A stretch of 60,469 nucleotides of DNA, the filler included. It is 3 parts of 3 records of this genome, joined end to end, with 100 filler letters (N's around TTAATTAATTAA, not from the genome) between each part and the next. Parts side by side here need not be neighbours in the genome. Positions count along the whole stretch, not along the records: positions 15,034 to 45,149 come from SRR20825019_281; 2 more parts are not named here. One strand, written 5' to 3'. The first letter of the stretch is position 1. Each line of letters opens with the position of its first letter. The position numbers and the translations under genes are program-made. The notes beneath the pieces are model-generated. The model did not search any database. It was not told where the DNA came from and saw nothing but the letters and a program-made list of their open reading frames with translations. Below are positions 19,284 to 28,567 of this stretch, one piece after another.

Positions 19284-21023
19284 ATGCCCAACGACATGAG
19301 CCCGGCACCGGGCCTCACGGTCAGCGTCGGAAGTTATTCGGCCGCAGGCCGCAAACGCGTAAACTAGGATTTCCATGGCGCCATGCTGCCCGAAGGCAGG
19401 AGCCTGCGCCTGAAAGGCATCGTTCTGGCGGTCGCCGACGGCATCAGCACCAGCCCGGTCAGCCGGGAAGCTGCCGAAACCTGCGTCAAGGCCCTGCTGA
19501 CCGACTATTACTGCACCACCGATAGCTGGACGGCCAAAACAGCCGCCAGCCGCGTGATGACCGCGACCAATTCCTGGCTGCATGCCCAGAGCCGGCGGGC
19601 CCATCTCGAGAGCATCGATCTTGGCTGGGTCTGCACACTCTCCGCCATGATCCTGAAGCATCGGACGGCACATCTGTTTCATGTCGGCGACAGCCGGATC
19701 AGCCGCCTCAGCGGAGAGAGTCTGGAGCCGCTGACCCGCGCGCATCATGTCGCGCTGTCCGCGGGGGAGTTCTGCCTCAGCCGGGCCATGGGCGCCGCCG
19801 CCGATCTCGAAATCGACTACCACACGGTCGATCTCGAGATCGGCGACATCTTCCTGCTGACCACCGACGGTATTCACGACCACGTTCCGGCCCGCGCCAT
19901 CGCCGCCGCCCTGCGCACCGCGCCGGATCTCGATGCCGCCGCCCAAGCCATCGCGGAAGAAGCCACCGCCCTTGATAGCCCGGACAATCTGACGATCCAG
20001 ATCGTGCGTATCGACGGACTGCCCGAAAACGCGCTGGACGTTCCATCCGTTGAAGGCGGACACCTGATCCCGCCGCCCCTGCCTGAAACCGGCGCCGAGA
20101 TCGACGGCTACAAGATCCTGCGCTCCATTCACGCGAGCCATCGCAGCCACATCTTCCTCGCCGCAGCTCCGGACGGCTCCCGCGTTGCCCTGAAAATCCC
20201 GTCCATGGACATGCGCGAGGATCCGGCCTATCTGCGCCGCTTCTTGATGGAGGAATGGGTCGCCCGGCGGCTCACCAACCCGCATATCCTGGCCGCCGTC
20301 CCCGCGCCGGAAGCGAAGAGTGCGCTCTATACGGTCTCCGAGTTCGTCGAGGGTCGTACCCTAAGGCAATGGATGGCCGACAATCCGAACCCGGAGCTCG
20401 ACCTCGTTCGGGATATCGTCCGGCAAATCACCCAAGGCCTGCGCGCCTTCCACCGCCAGGAAATGCTGCATCAGGATCTCCGCCCCGAGAACATCATGAT
20501 CGACGGAGACGGGACGGTGAAAATCATTGATCTCGGGTCGACCTACATTGCCGGTGTCGACGAAGCCGAGCCGGAACAGCACGACATTCTCGGGACCCTG
20601 CAATATGCCGCGCCCGAGTATTTCAACGGCGATCCGGTGACATGGAGTGCGGACCTGTTCTCTCTTGGTGTCATCACCTACGAAATGCTGACCGGCCGCC
20701 TGCCCTACGGTACCGCCGTCTCCAGGGTGCGCAGCCGCCGCGATCTCGGCCGTCTCGCCTATCGCAGCGCCTGTGACGAGAAAAACAATGTGCCGGACTG
20801 GATGGACGACGCCCTGCGCCGCGCCGTGCATCCGCATCCGGAACAGCGCCAGCAGGCCCTTTCAGAGTTCGACCTGGAACTGCGACAGCCGGGCACCGGC
20901 TGGCGTGCCCGGAAACGGCGCCCGTTCGCCGAGCGCGATCCGGTCCGGTTCTGGAAAATCGTCTCGCTGATCCTGGCCGTTCTCGTTGTCCTGCTCCTCG
21001 TCCAAAACGCCGGAGCACTCTGA
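19284..21023 (+). CDS. PP2C phosphatase / Ser-Thr kinase fusion with C-terminal TM anchor; in-frame TAG at 19365-19367 (possible pseudogene)
   Basis: From ATG 19284: MPNDMSPAPGLTVSVGSYSAAGRKRVN*DFHGAM, in frame with ORF 19383-21023. PP2C motifs ADG, VGDSR, TDG, DN; kinase motifs ALK, HQDLRPEN, DLG, APE, DLFSLG. Confidence 0.85.
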
Positions 21024-21049
21024 AACCCGAACAATGAAGAGGAAGAACG

Positions 21050-21499
21050 ATGATTCTGCAGAGCAAGGAAGACATCACCGCCCTGATCCTGTCCGCCAAG
21101 CGGCAGACCGGTATGACCTGGGAAGAGATTGCCGAAAAGATCGGCATGAGCCCGGTCTGGACCCATTCAGCCTGCATGGGCATGAACGCGATGCCGAAAG
21201 AAAAGGCCGAAGCCCTTGTCCGCACCCTCAGCCTGCCGCAGGAAGCCAGCCTCCTGCTCGAGGAAAGCCCGACCAAGATCTGGGAACAGGCGATCCCGAC
21301 CGATCCCTGCATCTACCGCCTGTATGAGATCGTCGGCGTCTATGGCCCGACCATCAAGGCGCTGATCCACGAGAAATTCGGCGACGGCATCATGTCCGCC
21401 ATCGATTTCGACATGTCGGTCACCCGCGTCGAGAATCCGAAGGGCGACCGGGTGAAGATCGAGATGTCAGGGAAATATCTCGGCTATAATTCCTGGTAG
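21050..21499 (+). CDS. cynS: Cyanate hydratase (cyanase)
   Basis: PTDPCIYRLYEIVGVYG, EKFGDGIMSAIDF and GKYL signatures. Confidence 0.97.
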   Translation: MILQSKEDITALILSAKRQTGMTWEEIAEKIGMSPVWTHSACMGMNAMPKEKAEALVRTLSLPQEASLLLEESPTKIWEQAIPTDPCIYRLYEIVGVYGPTIKALIHEKFGDGIMSAIDFDMSVTRVENPKGDRVKIEMSGKYLGYNSW

Positions 21500-21574
21500 G
21501 GAATCCGCCTCAAGCGCGATCCGACTGAGCGGCAGATCCCAATACCGCCCAATGCATCCGGCAAACAACAATAT

Positions 21575-21593
21575 GGAAATGATTATCATTCTC
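21575..21593. promoter_or_regulatory. Fur box upstream of the ECF sigma gene
   Basis: GGAAATGATTATCATTCTC, 15/19 match to GATAATGATAATCATTATC. Confidence 0.8.
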
Positions 21594-21678
21594 ATATACA
21601 GCTTGGGTCGTTCCCGCCTGAAGCGCCGATCACACCGTGCGGACGATGGCATTACTTTCCGGAGCTCGATGAGCACCC

Positions 21679-22263
21679 ATGCCCGCGACCCCGAAGGCAA
21701 TGGACCTGATCCTCACGCATCGCAGCGAGCTGATCAGCTATGCGCGCCGCATCGTCGGCAACAGCGCGACTGCGGAAGACGTGGTTCAGGAAGCTTATCT
21801 GAAATACTGGGCCCATACGGGTGGCACCGACAGTACGGCGGAGCAGGTCTCGGAGCCTGTCGGCTATCTCTACCGCATTGTCCGCAACCTCGCCTTTGAC
21901 TGGCGCCGCCGTCCCGCACGCACGCTGACCAGCACGGTCAGCAGCGAAATCCTCGCCACCTATCCGTCCCAGGATGCATCGCCGGAGATGGATGCCATGT
22001 GGCGGCAGGAGCTTGCGGCGGTTCAGTCCGTGATCGACAGTCTGCCCGAGCGCACCCGGATGGCGTTCGAGATGCATCGGCTGGGCGGGAAAACCATGCA
22101 GGAAGTTGCCGACCATCTCGAAATCTCGGTCACCCGGGTGCATCAAATGATCAAACAGGCGCTGCTGAAATGCGCCCTGCATCTGGAAAAACTGGAGCAT
22201 AACGAGCACGACACATCCGTGCCCGAAAATGCCCCTGAAAAAAAGCGCGGTTCACGCGTCTAG
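21679..22263 (+). CDS. ECF sigma factor, FecI-like
   Basis: AEDVVQEAYL, YLYRIVRNLAFD and LPERTRMAFEMHRL...EVADHLEIS motifs; adjacent to fecR. Confidence 0.92.
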   Translation: MPATPKAMDLILTHRSELISYARRIVGNSATAEDVVQEAYLKYWAHTGGTDSTAEQVSEPVGYLYRIVRNLAFDWRRRPARTLTSTVSSEILATYPSQDASPEMDAMWRQELAAVQSVIDSLPERTRMAFEMHRLGGKTMQEVADHLEISVTRVHQMIKQALLKCALHLEKLEHNEHDTSVPENAPEKKRGSRV

Positions 22264-22278
22264 TATTGAGGAGAGCCG

Positions 22279-23355
22279 ATGCAACAGGACAAAGACGCGC
22301 CCCGCCGCGCCCAGAGAGGCGCGGGAAAACGGGATCCGGAAGAGATTTCTTCCGGGCATGATGGCGACCAGCTTGATGCTGCCACGGACTGGCTGCTTCA
22401 GCTGCGTGCGTCACCCGATGACGCCGATTTGCATAAGGCTTTCACGCGCTGGCTGACAGCGTCCAAGTTGCACGCCGCCGCATTCCGGCGCGCCGAGAGG
22501 GTTTGGCATCTCAGCGGTGCGGTGACGCCTGCTTTCTCCGGGGTCTGGGACAGCGATATCACAACGGCCGAAGCCTCCACTCCGCCAGCCACGGTCACCA
22601 CTCTCAGACCACGCCGGAAGCATCCGGTCAGACGCGCCGTTCTAACCGGTGCGCTCGCCGCCTGCATCGCCCTGCTTGTCTTCACTGTCGCCGCTCCTCC
22701 GGAATATGCCGATGCCGACCTTTCCAGCGGCGTCGCCGAGGTCACGCGCTTCGATCTTTCCGACGGCAGCCAGGTCACCCTCAATGCCGGCAGCGCCCTG
22801 AAAACCTCCCTCACCGAACAGGTGCGGCAGGTCACCATACTGGCAGGCGAGGCATATTTTGACGTCCGGTCCGATCCGAAGCGGCCCTTCAGGGTCGTGG
22901 CGGGCGATACGGTGGTGACCGTCACGGGCACGGAATTCGGAACGCGCCTCGCCGACCGGATCGTCACCATCGAAGTGGAAGGCGGGCGGGTTAAGGTTGC
23001 TTCCGGCGCATCAGGCAGAAAAGACCCGGTTGCAACGCTCACCCGGGGAGACCGGCTGTATCTTGAGCGCGGAACAGGCGAGGCAATGCGGACAAAGGTT
23101 CCCGTTTCGCATATCGCCCCCTGGCGCCGCGGGCTTCTGATTGCCGACAAGGAAAGTATTCGCGATCTCGTGGAGCGGATTGAGCCTTATTATCCGGGGC
23201 GCATTTTCCTCGCCCCCGGCGGGGTGGCTAACAAGCGGGTCAGTGGTGTGTTCGATCTGAGTAATCCCATCGAGGCGCTGCGGGCCGCCCTGCATCCGCA
23301 CGGTGCCTCGGTGCATGAAATCCCCTCCCTTCTCGCCGTGGTCACATCGGGTTGA
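22279..23355 (+). CDS. FecR family anti-sigma/sensor
   Basis: AATDWLL...WL...H..AF N-terminal domain, one TM, then LSDGSQVTLN, GEAYFDV, RPFRV and VTGTEF. Confidence 0.92.
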   Translation: MQQDKDAPRRAQRGAGKRDPEEISSGHDGDQLDAATDWLLQLRASPDDADLHKAFTRWLTASKLHAAAFRRAERVWHLSGAVTPAFSGVWDSDITTAEASTPPATVTTLRPRRKHPVRRAVLTGALAACIALLVFTVAAPPEYADADLSSGVAEVTRFDLSDGSQVTLNAGSALKTSLTEQVRQVTILAGEAYFDVRSDPKRPFRVVAGDTVVTVTGTEFGTRLADRIVTIEVEGGRVKVASGASGRKDPVATLTRGDRLYLERGTGEAMRTKVPVSHIAPWRRGLLIADKESIRDLVERIEPYYPGRIFLAPGGVANKRVSGVFDLSNPIEALRAALHPHGASVHEIPSLLAVVTSG

Positions 23356-23434
23356 CCGGTGCCGGATCAGAGCGCCGAAAAAAAAATTTCGTCCCCGCCC
23401 CTTAAAAAACGAAGCCCCCATCCGTCTGATCTTT

Positions 23435-23455
23435 TGCGAATTGTTCTCATTCGCA
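23435..23455. promoter_or_regulatory. Palindromic iron-regulator (Fur-type) site upstream of the TonB receptor
   Basis: TGCGAAT-TGTTCTC-ATTCGCA inverted repeat, downstream of a candidate ECF promoter (TAAAAA...CGTC). Confidence 0.6.
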
Positions 23456-23507
23456 TGGGAATTGCATTTGCGCCGCCCGGCGCATCCGTCAAGGGGGATA
23501 CCGAATA

Positions 23508-25979
23508 ATGATTGTCCGAAAGGCACGCACGCGCGCCACGTCTTGCGATAACGCGCCGAAAATCCGGCGCGACCGCAGGGGATTGCTTGCAACAACGAGC
23601 GCTCTGGCACTGGGCGTCGTCGTGTTGACTGGCTCGCACGCGCTCGCCGAAGCCGTGAAACCGGCACAGAGCGGAGCACCCGGCGCAGCGCAGGAACTGG
23701 CTCAGGCAACGGAGTCTCACGACTTCAACATTCCGGCCCAGTCTTTGGCCGAGGCACTGATCACCTTCGGCCAACAAGCCAATCTGCAGGTAGCGTTCGA
23801 GCCGTCCATCGCCGAAGGCCTTACTTCCAGCGCAGTATCCGGCAGCTACAAAGCCGAAGATGCGCTCCGCATCATGCTGACGGGCCTTCCCCTGCAACAC
23901 GATTTTACCGGCACGTCCAATGTCACCATCAGCAAGTTGGGGCAAAGCAGCGACGGCTCGGTCCGGCTGAAGAAGCTCACCGTAGAGGCCACGGAGCAAA
24001 CCGCTACCGGACCGGTCGACGGTTATGTCGCCACCCGCAGCGCCAGCGGCACCAAGACGGATACGCCGCTGCTCGAAACGCCGCGTGCGATCTCCGTGGT
24101 GACCGCCGACGAAATCGCCGACCGCAAGGTGCAGAGCGTCGAAGAGGCGCTGCGCTATACGGTTGGCGTCCAGGTCGATGCCTATGGCAACGACATGCGC
24201 TTCGACCAGATCCGCTCCCGTGGCTTCAACCTTGTCACCACCGCCGACTTCCTCGACGGCATGCGCCAGCCTAATATCGGTTGGCTGTCCTATCCGCATA
24301 CCGAAGCCTACGGGCTCGAGCGTCTTGATGTGGTGAAAGGCCCCAACTCGGTACTCTACGGTCAGGTAAGCCCGGGCGGCCTCGTCAACCGTGTCACCAA
24401 ACGTCCGACAAAAGAAGCCCGCCACGAGGTCGAAATCCAGCGCGGTACCGACGAATATGCCCAGGGCCAGTTCGATCTCAGCGGCCCGGTCCTCGCCCGC
24501 GACGACGTCCAGTATCGCGTCGTCGGTGTTGCCCGCGACAGCGAGTCCAACATCGTGGGCGTGGTCAATAACGTGAAATATTTCGCTCCGTCCATCAGCT
24601 GGCAACCGACGGAGAAGCTGGAAATCACCCTGCTCGGCAGCGCGCAGGAATACGAGACCGCCGGCTCACCGCGCCCCTATCAGGATGCGAGCGGGAAGAT
24701 CACCACCTTCTGGACTGGCGATGAAGATTTCGACAAGCTGAAGCAGCAGCAATATTCAGGTGGCTACGAAGCAAAATACGAGATCAACGAGACTTTCTCG
24801 CTACGGCAAAACCTGCGTTACACAGACCTCAACACGATCAATCAGTATGTCGGCAAAACACTGCAGAGCGATGGATATACCTTCTCGCGCACCGCTTACG
24901 GCATCTACGAGGACAGCCAGCACATCACCGTCGACACGTCCGGTCAGGCCCGCTTCAACACGGGGGCCTTCGAGCATACGCTGATTGCCGGTGTCGATTA
25001 CCTGCATATCGACGGCAATGTCGAATACACCTATGGCAGCGCGCCGGACCTCGACATGCGCTATCCGGACTATGATCAGGACATCGCCCGGCCGACGAAC
25101 CAGATCACCTGGCAGAACACCGAAGCACACCAGATCGGCTTTTACGCCCAGAACCAGATCGCGTACGAGAACTGGCGGCTCAATCTCGGACTGCGTCACG
25201 ACGAGGCGGAAACCACCAAGAACAATCTGCTCACAGACACGAAGACCTCACAGGAAGACGGCGCGACCACCGGCAGCGCCGGCCTGCTCTATCTCTTCGA
25301 TAACGGCTTCGCGCCTTATGTGAGCTACTCCACCTCCTTCATTCCGGAACTCGGAACCAACAAGGCCGGCGCCTATCTCGATCCGACCGAAGGTGAGCAG
25401 GTCGAGTTCGGTTTGAAATATCAGCCTCCGGGCAGCCGCAGCCTGTTCACGATCAGCGCCTTCAATCTCGTCCAGAAAAACGCCAAGACCTCCGACCCGG
25501 ATGATCCGACCAACACCATCCAGACCGGCGAAGTCCGTTCACGCGGGATCGAGCTGGAAGGCAAGACGGAGATTGTCGAGGGCCTCGAGCTGGTGGCCAA
25601 CTATTCCTACACGGACATGGAAATCACCAAGAACAACGATGGCAACGAAGGCAATGTGCCCGTCGGCGTGCCGGAGCATCTGGCCTCCGTCTGGGGCAAT
25701 TACAGCTTCACCGACCCGACCTTCGACGGACTCGAACTCGGCTTCGGCGCCCGTTACACCGGCGAGAACTATGCGGATAGCGCCAACAATGTGAAGAACG
25801 ACGCCTATCTGCTGTTCGATGCCCGTATCAGCTACAGCCTCGACAGGTTCGCACCGGGCGCGACCTTTGCGGTCAACGGCACCAATCTCGGGGACGAGGA
25901 CCAGGTGATGTGCGAAAGCGGCTATTGCTATATCGGTCGCGGCCGGACGGTCATCGCCAGCCTGAACTACCGCTGGTAG
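23508..25979 (+). CDS. TonB-dependent siderophore receptor with N-terminal signalling (STN) domain, FhuA-like
   Basis: FNIPAQSL STN domain, SGTKTDTPLLETPRAISVV plug, ERLDVVKGPNSVLYG, C-terminal YRW. Confidence 0.95.
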   Translation: MIVRKARTRATSCDNAPKIRRDRRGLLATTSALALGVVVLTGSHALAEAVKPAQSGAPGAAQELAQATESHDFNIPAQSLAEALITFGQQANLQVAFEPSIAEGLTSSAVSGSYKAEDALRIMLTGLPLQHDFTGTSNVTISKLGQSSDGSVRLKKLTVEATEQTATGPVDGYVATRSASGTKTDTPLLETPRAISVVTADEIADRKVQSVEEALRYTVGVQVDAYGNDMRFDQIRSRGFNLVTTADFLDGMRQPNIGWLSYPHTEAYGLERLDVVKGPNSVLYGQVSPGGLVNRVTKRPTKEARHEVEIQRGTDEYAQGQFDLSGPVLARDDVQYRVVGVARDSESNIVGVVNNVKYFAPSISWQPTEKLEITLLGSAQEYETAGSPRPYQDASGKITTFWTGDEDFDKLKQQQYSGGYEAKYEINETFSLRQNLRYTDLNTINQYVGKTLQSDGYTFSRTAYGIYEDSQHITVDTSGQARFNTGAFEHTLIAGVDYLHIDGNVEYTYGSAPDLDMRYPDYDQDIARPTNQITWQNTEAHQIGFYAQNQIAYENWRLNLGLRHDEAETTKNNLLTDTKTSQEDGATTGSAGLLYLFDNGFAPYVSYSTSFIPELGTNKAGAYLDPTEGEQVEFGLKYQPPGSRSLFTISAFNLVQKNAKTSDPDDPTNTIQTGEVRSRGIELEGKTEIVEGLELVANYSYTDMEITKNNDGNEGNVPVGVPEHLASVWGNYSFTDPTFDGLELGFGARYTGENYADSANNVKNDAYLLFDARISYSLDRFAPGATFAVNGTNLGDEDQVMCESGYCYIGRGRTVIASLNYRW

Positions 25980-25990
25980 GCGGCTGCAAC

Positions 25991-26902
25991 TTGACCTTCG
26001 ATCTGACGAATGGGTGCCCGGCCTTACAGCCGGGCACCTGCTATTTCGACCTTCCGTGCCAGGATTTCCGGGGGAGCGGCGATCTGTACCGGATCTTCGT
26101 CCATGTCCCGGACGGAGAACCACCGGCGGCGGGTTGGCCCGTGCTCTACATGACCGACGGTAATGCCGTCATCGCGACGGCCGCCGACGCCCTGCGCGCG
26201 CAGGCGAGCTATCCCAAGGGCACGAATGTCTGCAAAGGCATGATCGTCGCGATCGGATATCCGACGGACAACGCCTACGACCCGCTCCGGCGATCCTGGG
26301 ATCTCAGCCCGCCTCCCGGTGCCGAATATCCCCCCTTCTTCGAAAACACACCGGTCGTGCGGACCGGCGGAGCAGACCAGTTCCTCGGTTTTCTGCTGCA
26401 AACTCTGCGCCCCTGGCTGGAACGGCATTATCCCATCGACCGGTCGGCACAGACCCTGTTCGGCCACTCCTTCGGCGGCCTTTTCGCGCTCTATGCACTT
26501 TCCCAACACCCGGACGCATTCCGGAACTGGGTCGCGGCCAGTCCGGCGATTTACTGGGAAGACGGGATTGTCCGCACCTGCCTGGACCGGATGGATGCGG
26601 CCGCGTGGGGCAAGCTCACCGGGCGGGTTCTTCTTTCCGCCGGGGCATATGAAAGCGACGTGCCTGCGCCTTTCGAGATTGGCCGGGAGGACGAGGAACA
26701 GCGTCTCTCCCATCGCCGAAAGATCCGGACGGTCGGCCTTGCCGAGGAACTCGCTGCCGAAATCGTGGAGCGGACCGGACGCAGCGATGCCGCCAGCTTC
26801 GAGCTCTTCGCGGGTGAAAACCACATGTCCGTATTACCCGTGGCCGTGAACCGGGCCGTGCAGACCGCTTTCGACTGGGCTGCGGGACAACGCATGAAAT
26901 GA
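25991..26902 (+). CDS. Alpha/beta-hydrolase esterase, IroE/BesA-like
   Basis: WPVLYMTDGN, IVAIGYP, GHSFGG nucleophile elbow and ENH; probable TTG start at 25991; no signal peptide. Confidence 0.85.
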   Translation: MTFDLTNGCPALQPGTCYFDLPCQDFRGSGDLYRIFVHVPDGEPPAAGWPVLYMTDGNAVIATAADALRAQASYPKGTNVCKGMIVAIGYPTDNAYDPLRRSWDLSPPPGAEYPPFFENTPVVRTGGADQFLGFLLQTLRPWLERHYPIDRSAQTLFGHSFGGLFALYALSQHPDAFRNWVAASPAIYWEDGIVRTCLDRMDAAAWGKLTGRVLLSAGAYESDVPAPFEIGREDEEQRLSHRRKIRTVGLAEELAAEIVERTGRSDAASFELFAGENHMSVLPVAVNRAVQTAFDWAAGQRMK

Positions 26903-27681
26903 CCACCTCTCCGCTCTTCTCTCTTCAGCACGTCGGCTGTGCCTATGACGGCCAACCCGTCCTGCATCCGCTGACGCTCGACTTGCCCGCAGGCTGCGTG
27001 ATCGGTCTGCTCGGACATAACGGGTCCGGCAAGTCGACCCTGATGAAAATCCTCGCGCGGCAGATTGCGCCCGGCAGCGGCCATGCCCTGTTCGAGGGAC
27101 GGCCGCTTGGCGATTACGCGCCACGGGAGCTTGCCCGCCGGCTTTCCTATCTGCCGCAACAGAACGCGGACACGGACGGCCTGACCGTCCGGGAGCTGGT
27201 CGCGCTGGGCCGCTATCCCTGGCATGGGCCGTTCGGGCGGACCAGCCGGGCGGATGAGGAGATCTGCGAAAAGGCGCTCGTCGCAACCGATACCGCGCGG
27301 TTTGCCGGCCGCTTCGTCGACAGTCTTTCCGGCGGGGAGCGGCAGAGAGCTTTCCTCGCCATGCTCGTTGCCCAGGACGCGCACTGCCTGCTGCTCGACG
27401 AGCCGATCTCCGCCCTCGATATCTCGCAACAATACGAAATCATGGATCTCGTCTCCGGTCTGAGCCGCAAGCATGGCCGCTCCGTGATCGTCATCCTGCA
27501 CGATCTCAACATCGCCGCCCGCTATTGCGATCGCATCATCGTGCTCTCCAGCGGAAACCTGTCCGCATTCGAGAAGCCCGCCGACCTGATGCAGCCGGAC
27601 CGCCTCCGGGAGCTGTTCGGGGTTCCGCTCGGTATCTTCCCGCATCCGGATACCGGACAGGCAATCAGCTATGTCCGGTAA
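26899..27681 (+). CDS. fhuC: Ferric hydroxamate ABC transporter ATPase
   Basis: GHNGSGKSTL, GRYPWHG, LSGGERQR and LLDEPISALD motifs. Confidence 0.9.
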   Translation: MTTSPLFSLQHVGCAYDGQPVLHPLTLDLPAGCVIGLLGHNGSGKSTLMKILARQIAPGSGHALFEGRPLGDYAPRELARRLSYLPQQNADTDGLTVRELVALGRYPWHGPFGRTSRADEEICEKALVATDTARFAGRFVDSLSGGERQRAFLAMLVAQDAHCLLLDEPISALDISQQYEIMDLVSGLSRKHGRSVIVILHDLNIAARYCDRIIVLSSGNLSAFEKPADLMQPDRLRELFGVPLGIFPHPDTGQAISYVR

Positions 27682-28567
27682 GCCACGGGAGATCTCCCGC
27701 CGCGCCTTCAACAGCTTCGCCCTGGCGGGAGCCCTTGCGCCCTTCAGTGCAAAGGCCTCAACCGGGCTGCCGCAAAATCCCCGGTTTGTCACACCGGATC
27801 ACGGGCTTGCGCAGACCCTGGTTGCAATCGGCGCGGACCTGTCCGGCGTCGCTCAGATCCCGAACTGGAATGTCTGGACCATCGAGCCTGCTCTGCCGAA
27901 GGACGTGGTCAACCTCGGCACCGCACAGGAAATGAACCTTGAGCTGCTGCAGCGCCTGCAGCCGGATCTGATTCTGTCGACGCCCTATCTTGAAAATGTC
28001 CGGCATCAGTTTGAGCGCATTGCGCCGGTCGAATCCTTCCCGATTCATGCGCTTGGTACCTCGCCCTATCCCAACATTCTGGCGGCAACGCGCAGGCTGG
28101 GTGAACTATCCGGGCGGGAAGCGGCAGCCGAAGAGCTGATCGCGACCACGGAAAAGACCTTCGAGGCGGCGCGGCCCAAACTCACGCGATTGCGCAGCCA
28201 TCCTCTGGTTTTCCTCCATTTCATCGATACGCGGCATGTCCGTATCTATGGCCCGAACTGCATCATTCAGGATGTGCTCGACCGGCTTGATCTGCGGAAC
28301 GGCTGGCCGGGATCGATCAATAGCTGGGGGTTCGCAACAGCGGGGATCGAGCGTCTGGTCGATATCGGGGATGCCTGGGTTCTGGTCTTTGATCCCGTGC
28401 CGCCGGATGTCGAGGCCCTGCTCGCGGGCAGCCCGCTCTGGCAGAACCTTCCTTTCGTCCGGGCAGGCCGGGTGCGGCGTTTCCCGAACGTCCTGGCCTT
28501 TGGCACCCTGCCCGCGGCGACCCGCATGACCCGGCTTCTGACCGAACTTGAGCTTGATCATGCCTGA
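27671..28567 (+). CDS. fhuD: Ferric hydroxamate-binding periplasmic protein
   Basis: SRRAF twin-arginine-like signal; NLELLQRLQPDLIL and SPLWQNLPFVRAGR. Confidence 0.85.
   Translation: MSGKPREISRRAFNSFALAGALAPFSAKASTGLPQNPRFVTPDHGLAQTLVAIGADLSGVAQIPNWNVWTIEPALPKDVVNLGTAQEMNLELLQRLQPDLILSTPYLENVRHQFERIAPVESFPIHALGTSPYPNILAATRRLGELSGREAAAEELIATTEKTFEAARPKLTRLRSHPLVFLHFIDTRHVRIYGPNCIIQDVLDRLDLRNGWPGSINSWGFATAGIERLVDIGDAWVLVFDPVPPDVEALLAGSPLWQNLPFVRAGRVRRFPNVLAFGTLPAATRMTRLLTELELDHA

Noticed and set aside
19365-19367. Pyrrolysine or genome-wide TAG reassignment
   Set aside because: No pyl genes are present, and TAG is a normal stop on the same contig (cynS, ECF sigma, TonB receptor).
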